Assembly (NCBI GenBank): GCA_964483625.1
Contig: CAZABB010000004.1
Coordinates: forward strand, 6,337 to 70,336
Source of the DNA: an uncultured Planctomycetia bacterium
Lineage (GTDB): Bacteria > Omnitrophota > Gorgyraeia > Duberdicusellales > 4484-171
Direction of reading: 5' to 3'
DNA length: 64,000 nucleotides
Shown here: positions 27,402-37,487 of the stretch, piece by piece
How the letters are laid out: each line of letters opens with the position of its first letter
How positions within the stretch are numbered: the first letter of the stretch is position 1
Notes under the pieces: model-generated
The model's database searches: none
The model's input: only the letters and a program-made list of their open reading frames with translations
What the model was told of the DNA's origin: nothing
Made by a program: the position numbers and the translations under genes

Positions 27402-28321
27402 CCCCGCAGGATCACCTCCACCGCGCCGGCGACTGATTCCGGATCGATATTCATGCATATGTTTTCATTTTCGCATTCGGTCCCCTCACACGACACACAC
27501 GGGACGTCACTATGCTGCAACACCACCGATTTATTTGAAAGCGGCTTCGAACGTGCCGGGAGCGTCGGGCCAAACAATCCTACCACGGGAATATCCAGGT
27601 AGGAAGCCAGATGCATGAGGCTGGAATCGACGGCAATCAATACCCGGCAGTACTTTTTCATCAGATAAAAGACATCGGCCAAACCGGTTTTATCCACCAG
27701 ATCGATTACTCCTTCTCTGGCAGGAATATCGCGATAAAACTGGCGGTCTTTTTGTGTCCCGAAGATCATGACCGGATACCGGGTCCTCAATATATCGACA
27801 AGGCGGGCGACATTTTCATACGGATACTCCTTCAGGTGAAACCGGGAAGAACAGGCTACTCCCACTGACGGGGCAAGATCGAATCTTTCCCATCTTTCTT
27901 TTTCACTCAGAGACAGCAGGCAGTCGCTTTTCTCCCCATGTTCGGGACAACCAAGCGGTTCGATCAGTTTCAGATACTTACGCGTAATATGGTCGCCAGG
28001 AGAAAACCGGCGAAGATACGACGTGCGCCAGGCAGGGCCAATAAAAACCGGCAGAAGAGAATTCTTAAGGTCAACGACGATATCGAATCGTCTCCACAGT
28101 TTGAGGGCAAACTTCATCTTCCGGAAAACCGGCCAGCGTTTATTAAAAACGCGCACCGCATCGATATGGCTCATGCGGCTCAAAAAGTCTTGAGTTGCCG
28201 GCGAAGCGATCGCGGTGATCGTCCCGCCGCAATAGCAGGCATGAATTTTATCCAGGACGGGCAAAGCAAGAAAAACATCGCCGATATTGGTAGGAAAATT
28301 AATCAGGATCCGTTCACTCAT
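27398..28321 (-). CDS. GT9 glycosyltransferase
   Basis: NIGDV, DSSLMHLAS, LFGPT. Confidence 0.88.
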   Translation of the reverse strand: MSERILINFPTNIGDVFLALPVLDKIHACYCGGTITAIASPATQDFLSRMSHIDAVRVFNKRWPVFRKMKFALKLWRRFDIVVDLKNSLLPVFIGPAWRTSYLRRFSPGDHITRKYLKLIEPLGCPEHGEKSDCLLSLSEKERWERFDLAPSVGVACSSRFHLKEYPYENVARLVDILRTRYPVMIFGTQKDRQFYRDIPAREGVIDLVDKTGLADVFYLMKKYCRVLIAVDSSLMHLASYLDIPVVGLFGPTLPARSKPLSNKSVVLQHSDVPCVSCEGTECENENICMNIDPESVAGAVEVILRG

Positions 28322-29327
28322 TACCTAAAACCCTCCGGGCTTCCAGGAACACATCCTCAACCTTAACCGAACGCATGCAGAAATTATCCTCGCAGTCGGT
28401 GTTATAACACGGTATCGCACAGGAAACATCGCTCCGTATGACACGGACGTTTTCTCCCCGTGGCGCGGTCACACAAGGATCGGTCGGCCCGAAGACCACA
28501 AGGGCCGTGGTCCCGCACGCTGCCGCAAGATGCGCGGGCCCGGAATCGTTTGAGACAAACAGATCGAAATGCTCCATCAACGCGGCAAGCTCAAGCAACG
28601 TCGTCTGGCCGCAGAAATCGTAATACGCGCTATTGCGCATCTTCCCGGTAACCTCAGCAACACGTTCGGTTTCTTTGGCGGCTCCGACAAAACATATACC
28701 GCAATCAAGTTCTTCGATGAGCCGGTCACACAATTGACTGAAATGGTCCGCCGGCCAGCGTTTCAAATCCCAGTTCGCCGAAACATTGATTCCCACCAGA
28801 AACCGGTGAGCTCCTTCGGCGGAACTGATACGGTAATACATCGCCGTACGGGTATCTTCATCCACATACATCCGGGGAACTTCTTTTTCCACGGGAATCC
28901 CCACTTCCCGGAAAAGATGCAGGTAGCGTTTCTGCCGATGCCCTCCCTTCGGAAACGGTTTAATTCTTACCGTCAGAAGCCACGCCGTCTTTATCCTGCG
29001 ATACCCCACGCGACGGGTAATGCCGGCAAGGACGCAAAGCATGAGGCGGGTAAACGAACGATGAATACAGATTGCCGTATCGATTTTTTTTCTTCGCAAC
29101 TGGGACACAAATCTCATCTTTGCCGCGAGGCCGCGATGAGTCGTACGTTCGTCAAACAGGATCACCTCATCGATAAAGGGATTGGCATCAAAAAGACCGC
29201 GGATACGCGGCGGCACCATGACCGCGACGTATGATGCCGGACGCGCCGCCTTGATCGCCTCAAACGCCGGAAGCGTCATCACACAATCTCCCAGCCAATT
29301 CACGTTAGCAACAAGGATTCTTTTCAT
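28314..29327 (-). CDS. waaF: LPS heptosyltransferase II (GT9)
   Basis: NWLGDCVM, KRWP, SNDSGPAHLAAA, FGPTDP. Confidence 0.8.
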   Translation of the reverse strand: MKRILVANVNWLGDCVMTLPAFEAIKAARPASYVAVMVPPRIRGLFDANPFIDEVILFDERTTHRGLAAKMRFVSQLRRKKIDTAICIHRSFTRLMLCVLAGITRRVGYRRIKTAWLLTVRIKPFPKGGHRQKRYLHLFREVGIPVEKEVPRMYVDEDTRTAMYYRISSAEGAHRFLVGINVSANWDLKRWPADHFSQLCDRLIEELDCGICFVGAAKETERVAEVTGKMRNSAYYDFCGQTTLLELAALMEHFDLFVSNDSGPAHLAAACGTTALVVFGPTDPCVTAPRGENVRVIRSDVSCAIPCYNTDCEDNFCMRSVKVEDVFLEARRVLGNE

Positions 29328-29410
29328 GACTTAACGTCACAAAGTCACAAGGTCACAGAGTCACAAGTAAAAAAATCAATACGTGTGATATGTGTCGTGT
29401 GACTTTTTCA

Positions 29411-30181
29411 TCAATAAGGATTCTTCGGTTTTTTGAATACGTTGTAAAATCCGCTCAGTTTCGCCCAGAAACGGAACCCCACGTCACGCTCGGTAATCTT
29501 TATCCGTCTGAGCGCGTACCGGTCCTTTCTTCGCGAAAATCCCCGGTTGGTCGTACAGGCGCACAGATATCCCGCTTCCTTTACCTGACGCAGGACTCTC
29601 TTATCGAACCCGCCGACAGGATAGGTTATCGTCTCAACCGGCACTGTGAAGGTTTCTTCCAGTATTCTCCTGGATTCTTTTATTTCCCGGATGACTTCCT
29701 CCTCTGTCGCCCGGGGAAGGTAGCGGTGAGAGAGTGTATGAGAACCGATTGTAACCGGGGTCTCCGAAAGGATCTGCTTGATTTCCCGCGAAGAAAGATA
29801 CTTTTCTTTATCGATATTGTCCACAATCAGAAAGATAGTCGCCGCAATATCAAGCTCATCCAGGATCTCCACCGCGCCGACATTATCACGATGGCCGTCA
29901 TCGAACGTGATCACCACGGTATTGCGTGCGATATCCTCGCCGCTTTTGAGCCGGGTACAATATTCATCTAAAAGGATCACCTGGTATCCCTTCTCCTTTA
30001 TATATTCCATCTGGGTTCGAAAACTCTCCGGCAACACCACCGAATATTCACCCAGCCGCGCCGCATCCAGAGAATGGTACATGAGAATCGGCACCTCGTA
30101 TTGAGGATACAGCCACACAAAAAAGCTCAAAAAAAGGATACCTACCACCCCCGCCAAAAAAAGGAGTAACTTTCTTCTCAT
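29411..30181 (-). CDS. Polysaccharide deacetylase (CE4), membrane anchored
   Basis: PILMYH, ITFDDG, GSHTLSH, YPVG. Confidence 0.92.
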   Translation of the reverse strand: MRRKLLLFLAGVVGILFLSFFVWLYPQYEVPILMYHSLDAARLGEYSVVLPESFRTQMEYIKEKGYQVILLDEYCTRLKSGEDIARNTVVITFDDGHRDNVGAVEILDELDIAATIFLIVDNIDKEKYLSSREIKQILSETPVTIGSHTLSHRYLPRATEEEVIREIKESRRILEETFTVPVETITYPVGGFDKRVLRQVKEAGYLCACTTNRGFSRRKDRYALRRIKITERDVGFRFWAKLSGFYNVFKKPKNPY

Positions 30182-31242
30182 CGTAATACCTCCCGCAATA
30201 CTTCCTCGGTATCGACAACCATCTGTTCCAGGGTGAACTTTTTAAGCGTCTCGACCCCGTGCAAGATCAAATGTTCCCTAAAAGACTTGTCACCGGTGAC
30301 CCGACTGAGTGCCTCGAGTAATTTTTCAGCGCTGTATTCCAAAAAGAGAACCCCGTTTGAAGAATCGGCAACAATCTCTTTTATTCCTCCGGTCGCATAC
30401 GCCACGACCGCGACTCTCTTGGCAAACGCCTCCAGGATAATATATCCGAATCCTTCTTTTGAAGAGGCGACAATGAGAATATCGATTGCATCAAGAAACT
30501 CTTCCCCGTCGAGCGAGACAAAGGTAACATCATCCTCTACCCCCAGACGAACGACGTAATCCTGTAATTTCTTCTTTAGTTTTCCTTCCCCCGAGATAGA
30601 AAGAGATATCTTGTGTTCGCCTCTCTCTTTATATAATTTTAACGCATCAACGACAAGGAAATGTCCTTTTTCGGCCGAAATCCTTCCCAGAATACCCACG
30701 CGAATCTTCTCCCGATCGCCTCCGGCGGTATCCTGAGAACTCCGGAAAGACTCAGCGTCAATCCCGTTATACACGACTCTGATATTGTGCGGCGCGACAC
30801 AAAAATCATCGACCAGGTGCTGTTTCACCGCGCCGCTGACAGCAAGCGAACGAACCCCTTCGAATTTCCACATTTTACGCATCATATGCGGTTTATAAAA
30901 GCCGTGAAACCCGGAAATATAAGGAATCCCTACGGCACGATAGATCAGGTAGGCGAGAAACTGAGTAACCCGGGTATGCGCGCAGATAACGTCTATTTTA
31001 TTATGCACCAGAAACGGGAGCAGTTTAAAAAAAGAGAAAAATATCTTCGGACTTATCATACATTTTGTCGAAAACGGCAGAGATAGGCAGTCAACCGAAT
31101 CTCTCGGCAGCCGGTCCTGCCAGTTCCCGCCACGGGAGCCGACCCATACGCGGTGCCGTGCCGACAGCCCCACGGCCAGATTGATCACATACCGGGTCAA
31201 TCCGCCGCGGTCCAGGTGATTGGTGAGTATCAGAATATTCAT
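30178..31242 (-). CDS. GT4 glycosyltransferase
   Basis: GG, VYNGID, GRIS.EKG, EGFGYIILEA. Confidence 0.9.
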   Translation of the reverse strand: MNILILTNHLDRGGLTRYVINLAVGLSARHRVWVGSRGGNWQDRLPRDSVDCLSLPFSTKCMISPKIFFSFFKLLPFLVHNKIDVICAHTRVTQFLAYLIYRAVGIPYISGFHGFYKPHMMRKMWKFEGVRSLAVSGAVKQHLVDDFCVAPHNIRVVYNGIDAESFRSSQDTAGGDREKIRVGILGRISAEKGHFLVVDALKLYKERGEHKISLSISGEGKLKKKLQDYVVRLGVEDDVTFVSLDGEEFLDAIDILIVASSKEGFGYIILEAFAKRVAVVAYATGGIKEIVADSSNGVLFLEYSAEKLLEALSRVTGDKSFREHLILHGVETLKKFTLEQMVVDTEEVLREVLR

Positions 31243-31313
31243 ATTCAGTCTCTGGTCTCTAGTCTCTGGTATTTAGTATTTTCCACGAGATACGAGAGAC
31301 TAACGACGAACGA

Positions 31314-33383
31314 CTATTCCTTTAATAAAGATTTAGGTTTACCCAGGATACTCTGTATCCTCATGAATATTTCCTGGGGAGTAATCTTTGCCATACAGAT
31401 ATTATCTTTACATACCGGCTTGTAACAAAACGAACAGGGAATCTTTCGTACCACCAGATGAAGATAATCGCTTTTTACCGTATGCCGGGCCGGATCGGTC
31501 GGCCCGAACAAGGCGATCACCTTAATCCCCAGCGCGCAGGCCAGATGCAGGGGAGCGGTATCCTGAGTAATGAATATCTGCAAGCGAGAGAGAACGTGCA
31601 CCAGGTCTCTTAAGTTAGTTTTACCGCAAAGGTTCACGATCGAGCCCGGCGCTATTTTTTCAAACTGCCTGGATTCGATTTCACTGTGATGGTCACCGAG
31701 CAACGCGATTTTTACATGCGGATATTCTCTTAAGATCATCTCGATAAGCTTCCTGGTATTCTCTTTCGGCCAGTTCTTACTCTGCCATTTAAATGAGGCC
31801 GACATGTTGATCCCGATTACAGTCTCACCGGAGAAATCCCACTTTTCCCCGGCATCTTTTTTCGTCTCCCATAACGCGAGCTTTTTATCAACCAGGTCGA
31901 TACCGGCCAGCCGCAGGATCCGACTTTGCGATTCCAGAGGCGACACCGCCTCTTTAGGCATCGGCAGGTGATGGGTCAAAATACTTCCCCATTTACGGGA
32001 ATATCCGAATGATTTTTGCCCGAATGCCAAAAAAGCAATCAGGTGTGAAACCCGACTGTTCTGAAGATCGATCGTATAATCAAAACTTTCCCGCCGCAAA
32101 CTGTGACTTAACCTGATTATATGACGCAGTTTTTTATAATCGGCGTCGAGACCGATAACTCTGTCCACATAAGGACATTCATAAAATAAAGATACGTATT
32201 TTTTCAGCGTCAAAAGCACCACTTCACTGTCGGGATGCTGGTTTTTGATCGCTTTCAAAGAAGGAATGGATAAAATCACGTCTCCCAAAGAAGATATTTT
32301 CATAACCAGTATTCTCTTATGCCGCAGGGTCTCCTCATACACCTTCTCCACCTCCCGAACACAATGAGAAAAAGAATAAAGTGTTTCTACCTTACGGCGG
32401 GCGTTCTCCACCATATTCTGCACAAAGGACGGATTATTGATAATCTCCAGGAGTCCCTCGGCAATACTGTCGGCATTACGGGGAAACGCCAGGATCCCGT
32501 CATGCCGGTGCTCGATGATCTCCTCCAGCGCCCCCATGCGTGTGGCAACGACCGGGACTCCTGAGGCAAAGGCTTCGATAACAACCCGGCCGAACGCTTC
32601 CTCCACAACCGAGGGGATCACCAGAGCAAAGGCTTCATCCAGGAGCTCGTTGACATTATCCCGGTATCCCAGAAAACGTACCTGGTAATTCAACGCGTAA
32701 CGGGTAACCAGACTTTTCAACGACTGGAAATATTTCATTCGGGACTCCTCCGGCTCTCCCACGATCGTAAGCGTCAGATAGGGATTATGCCGGGCGATCT
32801 TCCGGAACGCTTCGATAAGATACTCGTAGCCTTTGGAAGGGGAAATACGGCCGATACTTAAAATCGAACTGCACAACCGCCGCTCTTTCTGCGGTTTGAA
32901 CGTAAATTTATCCAGATCCACCCAGCGCGGAATACATCGTATCTTATTCTCACTCACGCCGAAGTTATCCATCATGTGCCGGATGATACTTTTGGAAGGG
33001 CAAATCACGAATTTTCCCCATCCCATCACCTCACTGAATCCATGAACGGAATAGGCTCCGTGCGCGGTAGTTACAAACGGAACATTCAATCCCCGCGTCG
33101 CGAAAAACGCGATCCAGGCCGGGACACGGGAACGCGCGTGGACGATATCGATATTCTCCTCTTTGATGATCCGCCGCAGTTTCCTGATATACATCAAACT
33201 CACGATTGATTTACGGTAAACCGGAAGCTGATAATGTTTCACCCCGGACTTCTCTAACGCCTCAACGAGCCTGCCGCCGCCGGAGACCACGACCATCTCT
33301 TGGGCAAAATGCGGGGCAAAATCAAGGACCCCCCTCTCGACACCGCCGATATTCATTCTGGGTAAAATCTGCAATACCTTCAT
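31314..33383 (-). CDS. GT4-GT9 two-domain glycosyltransferase fusion
   Basis: N-half GGVERG, HARSR, EAFGRVVIEA; C-half SSLGDVIL, KNWP, DTAPLHLA, LFGPTDP. Confidence 0.9.
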   Translation of the reverse strand: MKVLQILPRMNIGGVERGVLDFAPHFAQEMVVVSGGGRLVEALEKSGVKHYQLPVYRKSIVSLMYIRKLRRIIKEENIDIVHARSRVPAWIAFFATRGLNVPFVTTAHGAYSVHGFSEVMGWGKFVICPSKSIIRHMMDNFGVSENKIRCIPRWVDLDKFTFKPQKERRLCSSILSIGRISPSKGYEYLIEAFRKIARHNPYLTLTIVGEPEESRMKYFQSLKSLVTRYALNYQVRFLGYRDNVNELLDEAFALVIPSVVEEAFGRVVIEAFASGVPVVATRMGALEEIIEHRHDGILAFPRNADSIAEGLLEIINNPSFVQNMVENARRKVETLYSFSHCVREVEKVYEETLRHKRILVMKISSLGDVILSIPSLKAIKNQHPDSEVVLLTLKKYVSLFYECPYVDRVIGLDADYKKLRHIIRLSHSLRRESFDYTIDLQNSRVSHLIAFLAFGQKSFGYSRKWGSILTHHLPMPKEAVSPLESQSRILRLAGIDLVDKKLALWETKKDAGEKWDFSGETVIGINMSASFKWQSKNWPKENTRKLIEMILREYPHVKIALLGDHHSEIESRQFEKIAPGSIVNLCGKTNLRDLVHVLSRLQIFITQDTAPLHLACALGIKVIALFGPTDPARHTVKSDYLHLVVRKIPCSFCYKPVCKDNICMAKITPQEIFMRIQSILGKPKSLLKE

Positions 33384-35194
33384 AGTATCTTTCTCAATGC
33401 TTTCTGGAGCCTGTTCTCATTTTCTTCTTTCAACGACCCCGAAGGCCTGCGGAAATCAAACCTCCCATAGGGAGCATGAAACACATTCACGTAATCGGAT
33501 TCCAGTGAGTGAAGGAACCGCCGGTGTGTCTTTGAAGTGAGCTCTTCAAAAACCACCGCGACCGTTGTTTTATCCAGATACAGGCTTTCGGAAATCATCG
33601 ACACGCTTTCAGCGGAAACAAACACAATATTACTCTCAGAGAGAAACGTCGGGATCACAAACGGGTAATTCTCGCCGCTGGCAATCACCAAGGCCTCGGT
33701 ATGCTCAAAGCCGGCAAATTCCTCACGGACAAGCGCCTCGACATCCTTACTGGTACGCCGCGAAGTCGTGATCAGAATCCCGTAATTCTGTTCTGAGACG
33801 AACTGTTTAAGCCGCGCGGCAAATTCCCGAACGTTAGCTCGGTACGTTTTTTCATCCTCCAGCGCGTTCCCCACGCACAGACAGACTTTCTCTTTTTGAG
33901 ACAATCGAAAATGCTTCCGGCCCGTCTCGATCAAATCCGGATCATACTGCTGCCGGGCCAGGGCGCCTTTGGTCACGACCACGTTTTCGCCGTCTACCCC
34001 GTCATGTTCGGGTATGATCGCCACATCGAACCGCGACAGCGGGACATTGGGCTTTAAGATAACGCATGATCTAGCGCCACAGGCACGCGCATAGAGCACG
34101 TTTGCCGCCGCGGGTGACGAACCCGTCGAAATAACAATATCATAAAACCTGCCCTGCAATTTGTCGAACACTTCTTTTGAGAGGAAAAATCTCAAGCCCC
34201 GTGTATTCCCCAGACAATGCCGCCCGGCAAATACCGAAAGCGCCTCGACGATACAGCGCGTGAATTTATTCCGATAAGCTATCTCCACGACATCGTATTC
34301 GGTCCGATATCCGCTTTGCGCGATTGAGTCAGCCACAATCAGCGATTGCTTGAGATGCCCGGCTTTTCCGTCGCTTAAAACAAGTATCTTCCGGTTTTGT
34401 TTGCGTTTAAACCGCTTAAACCACCACATGTAATCATAAGGATGCCGGCGTAAAAAATCCTCATATCTGCGATTGATGGTACCTAAGAGCTCTTCATCGG
34501 GGGTTTGCTCATCACAACAAACAGGATCAGCGATGATAAACACATGCTCCCGGCCGCTGCGGTATCCAAACGTCGGGAATATTCTCTTATGAAACCTCTT
34601 GGCCAGAGTAACCGCTCCGCCCGGCGTCGGCACCAGGTGCCCGAAAAATTCGGCGGTTTTGGCGTTTTCCTCGGCACCGTGATCGACGACCAGGCCGACC
34701 CAGATATCTTTTTTCACCGCGGCAATAACTTCTTTCAGGGTATAACAGGGCTTTACCCGATGGGCCCGCCGCAATTCGTTTAAAAACCTGTCCAGCGACC
34801 TGTTTTTTTGCCGGCCGACCAGCAACGTCAGAGGAGCCTCGGACGCGACCACGGCATGATATGATTCCCAGTTGCCCTGATGGATACCAACGAAGATCTC
34901 CCCTCTTTCTGCCAGCTGATCGGTCCACTCTTTTCTCACCCGTTCTTTGACTTTATCGCCGAGGAATGTCTCGATGATATTCATGCCGAACGAAATAAAA
35001 CTGCGGCGAAGGATATAAAAGAGTTCGCGGTTACTTTTTTCCGGGAACGCCTGCTTGACATTGATAAAGGCGGTATTACGTTTCCGGCGGTTTAAGTAGA
35101 AACAGAATCCGATAACCCGCCCGATCCAGAGAGCCGCCGCCAGCGGGATGACATGAAGGAAACGATACATGGCTTTTAACAGAAAATAGGTCAT
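33380..35194 (-). CDS. Lipid A acyltransferase (LpxL/HtrB-like) fused to ELM1 (DUF1022)-like domain
   Basis: N-half HQGNWE, FFG, P.DYMWWFKRFK; C-half LSDGKAGH..QS, P.HD, TTSRRT, ESVSMISE. Confidence 0.82.
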   Translation of the reverse strand: MTYFLLKAMYRFLHVIPLAAALWIGRVIGFCFYLNRRKRNTAFINVKQAFPEKSNRELFYILRRSFISFGMNIIETFLGDKVKERVRKEWTDQLAERGEIFVGIHQGNWESYHAVVASEAPLTLLVGRQKNRSLDRFLNELRRAHRVKPCYTLKEVIAAVKKDIWVGLVVDHGAEENAKTAEFFGHLVPTPGGAVTLAKRFHKRIFPTFGYRSGREHVFIIADPVCCDEQTPDEELLGTINRRYEDFLRRHPYDYMWWFKRFKRKQNRKILVLSDGKAGHLKQSLIVADSIAQSGYRTEYDVVEIAYRNKFTRCIVEALSVFAGRHCLGNTRGLRFFLSKEVFDKLQGRFYDIVISTGSSPAAANVLYARACGARSCVILKPNVPLSRFDVAIIPEHDGVDGENVVVTKGALARQQYDPDLIETGRKHFRLSQKEKVCLCVGNALEDEKTYRANVREFAARLKQFVSEQNYGILITTSRRTSKDVEALVREEFAGFEHTEALVIASGENYPFVIPTFLSESNIVFVSAESVSMISESLYLDKTTVAVVFEELTSKTHRRFLHSLESDYVNVFHAPYGRFDFRRPSGSLKEENENRLQKALRKIL

Positions 35195-36216
35195 ACCGTA
35201 AGATTTAACCGGTCGGCGACCGCGGCAAAAAATTTCTGCGGCTCATCGATGCACAATTCTACCTGCAGGATGAAATAATTGATCCGCCGGTGCGTGAAAT
35301 CGATATGGTAATAATCCTTATACGTTATCAAAACGTCACTGATACTGTTTTTCAGGAATTCTCTCTCGATCCGACGAAGCTGTTCCCCTTTGAACTCATA
35401 ATGATCCGGATAGACAAGTGTTTTATCCGAAGTAAATCCCGCCTCTGCGATCTTCTGCCGGAAACCTTCCGGGTACCCGATAGCTGTCAGCGTGCCGATT
35501 TTCTTACCGGAAAGATACTGGTGCGGCACACGTTTGAGGTTATGATCCAGAATACCGGCCACCTTATAGTCGGCAGCACATATAAACGCGTTTTTATTCA
35601 CCCGCCGAATACGCCGGCTCAGGCCAGGCAATTCCTGATCCGTACAATAAGAAACAACGATGATATCGGCCCGCTTAAGATTACCGAACGGTTCCCGGAA
35701 AGGTCCCGCGGGAATAAGCCGGGTCCTTTGGGCCAATTCGTGCTTATTGATCAATACGATATCCACATCACGTACCAGGGCCCGGTACTGAAATCCGTCA
35801 TCGAGAAGGAACACATCATATTCAGGCTCCCGTTTACACACAAGCCTCAGCCGGTTACGGGCATCGTAGACGCTGCTGGTATTGCGCCGGATAAGCGCGT
35901 ATTCATCCCGGGCATATCCTTTCGTAACGATACAGGTGCGGACATGGGGTTTAAGTTTATTATATAGATACAGAACCATACTGGTCTTACCCGTCCCCCC
36001 CCAGGAAAGGTTGCCGATACTGACAACTTTTTTCTTTGACCAGTATCTTCCTAAAAATCCGCGGTCATAAAAAACGTTACGCGCGGTTACGGCGGCGGCA
36101 TACAAAAAAGAAAGGAGCACGAGACAGAAAAAAAGGACCTGATGCCCCAGCGGACGGTTCTTCTCTTTCAGTAACTTCAAATACTTCTGTTTTAATCCAA
36201 CAAGCGGCGGATACAT
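35191..36216 (-). CDS. lpxK: Tetraacyldisaccharide 4'-kinase
   Basis: SIGNLSWGGTGKT, LDDGFQY, PAGPFREP, YPDHY. Confidence 0.94.
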   Translation of the reverse strand: MYPPLVGLKQKYLKLLKEKNRPLGHQVLFFCLVLLSFLYAAAVTARNVFYDRGFLGRYWSKKKVVSIGNLSWGGTGKTSMVLYLYNKLKPHVRTCIVTKGYARDEYALIRRNTSSVYDARNRLRLVCKREPEYDVFLLDDGFQYRALVRDVDIVLINKHELAQRTRLIPAGPFREPFGNLKRADIIVVSYCTDQELPGLSRRIRRVNKNAFICAADYKVAGILDHNLKRVPHQYLSGKKIGTLTAIGYPEGFRQKIAEAGFTSDKTLVYPDHYEFKGEQLRRIEREFLKNSISDVLITYKDYYHIDFTHRRINYFILQVELCIDEPQKFFAAVADRLNLTV

Positions 36217-37487
36217 GCGACACTGTTCTCCAGAGTTTTATGTCCTTCCTCGAATATCTGGTGGCTGTTCTGCACCAGTTCCTGGCGAAGGTCACTGTCG
36301 GTAATCAACTCTTCGATTTTGACGGTAAGTTCTTTTTCGTTTTTAACCGGTATGCCCGCCTGATGCTTGAGCACGACATTTTCTATTTCCCGGAAATTAT
36401 CCATATGCGGGCCGAAAAGTGTCGGTTTGGAAAAGTACAGCGGTTCCAGGATATTATGCCCGCCGGTATCAGCCAGGCTCCCTCCCACAAAACAGATATC
36501 AGCCACCGCGTAACAGGAAAGAAGATCTCCCACCGTATCCACCAGGAAAACATCGTCGCCGGATGAGGCCCGGGAAAACCCTTCGCTTAAAAGCGTTACG
36601 CCGAATCCTTCCTGAATATACTGCTGTTTTATCTGCCCGGCACGCTCGATATGGCGGGGAACGACCATCAACCGCAGGGAAGGATATGCGCCGTGAAGCG
36701 ACCGGAAACAATCGAGGATAATTTTTTCCTCCGGATTGTGGGTGCTGGCGGCGACCAGAAGCATCGTCCCCTGGGGTTTCAGCCGTGAATAATACTTCTC
36801 TTTAAACGCGGCAATGCGATCTCTCTTTATATGATAGTTGCTGAACTTAAGGTTCCCGGTAATAACGATCTTACGGGAAGAAGCCCCCAGGGCCAGGAAC
36901 CGATCCCGGTAAAACTCGTTCTGCACCCCGATACAATCAGCGAGGTTCAATATTTTTTTGACACCACCGTATACCCGCCGATAACGGGAAAACGCCTTTT
37001 CCGAGATCCTCCCGTTTAAGATCACTATTCGCACGGCGTGTTTTTTGAGTTGCAGGTAAAGGTTCGGCCACATTTCCGTTTCGATAGAGATAAACATGGC
37101 CGGCTTCACCAGCCGGATGACACGACGGATAAAAACACTCACATCGAAAGGGAAATAGATCACCAGGTGTTCTGGATAAAGCCTGGCGGCAACCTTGTGA
37201 CCGGTAAGTGTCGTAACCGAAATCGCCACGTCATATCCCAGTTGACGTTCGAGATATTCGACCAGAGATTGAATCAGGGTAACTTCCCCCACACTGACCA
37301 CCTGAATCCATATCGTCCGTTTCAATCGTAACGCGTTCTGCCGGATAGACTCAGGATACAGCGTGCATTTCTGCCGAAGGGCCTCAGGCGTGATCTTCCT
37401 GCGGGCAAAATGGAACGGCAGATACACGACGGCGCCCAGAATAAATACGATATCGTACAGTAACGACAAAAAACGCATTGTTCTCAT
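36192..37487 (-). CDS. waaA: Kdo transferase
   Basis: SVGEV, ETEMWPN, NGRISE, ASTH, VPRH.ER, GGSL...GGHNILEP. Confidence 0.95.
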   Translation of the reverse strand: MRTMRFLSLLYDIVFILGAVVYLPFHFARRKITPEALRQKCTLYPESIRQNALRLKRTIWIQVVSVGEVTLIQSLVEYLERQLGYDVAISVTTLTGHKVAARLYPEHLVIYFPFDVSVFIRRVIRLVKPAMFISIETEMWPNLYLQLKKHAVRIVILNGRISEKAFSRYRRVYGGVKKILNLADCIGVQNEFYRDRFLALGASSRKIVITGNLKFSNYHIKRDRIAAFKEKYYSRLKPQGTMLLVAASTHNPEEKIILDCFRSLHGAYPSLRLMVVPRHIERAGQIKQQYIQEGFGVTLLSEGFSRASSGDDVFLVDTVGDLLSCYAVADICFVGGSLADTGGHNILEPLYFSKPTLFGPHMDNFREIENVVLKHQAGIPVKNEKELTVKIEELITDSDLRQELVQNSHQIFEEGHKTLENSVACIRRLLD

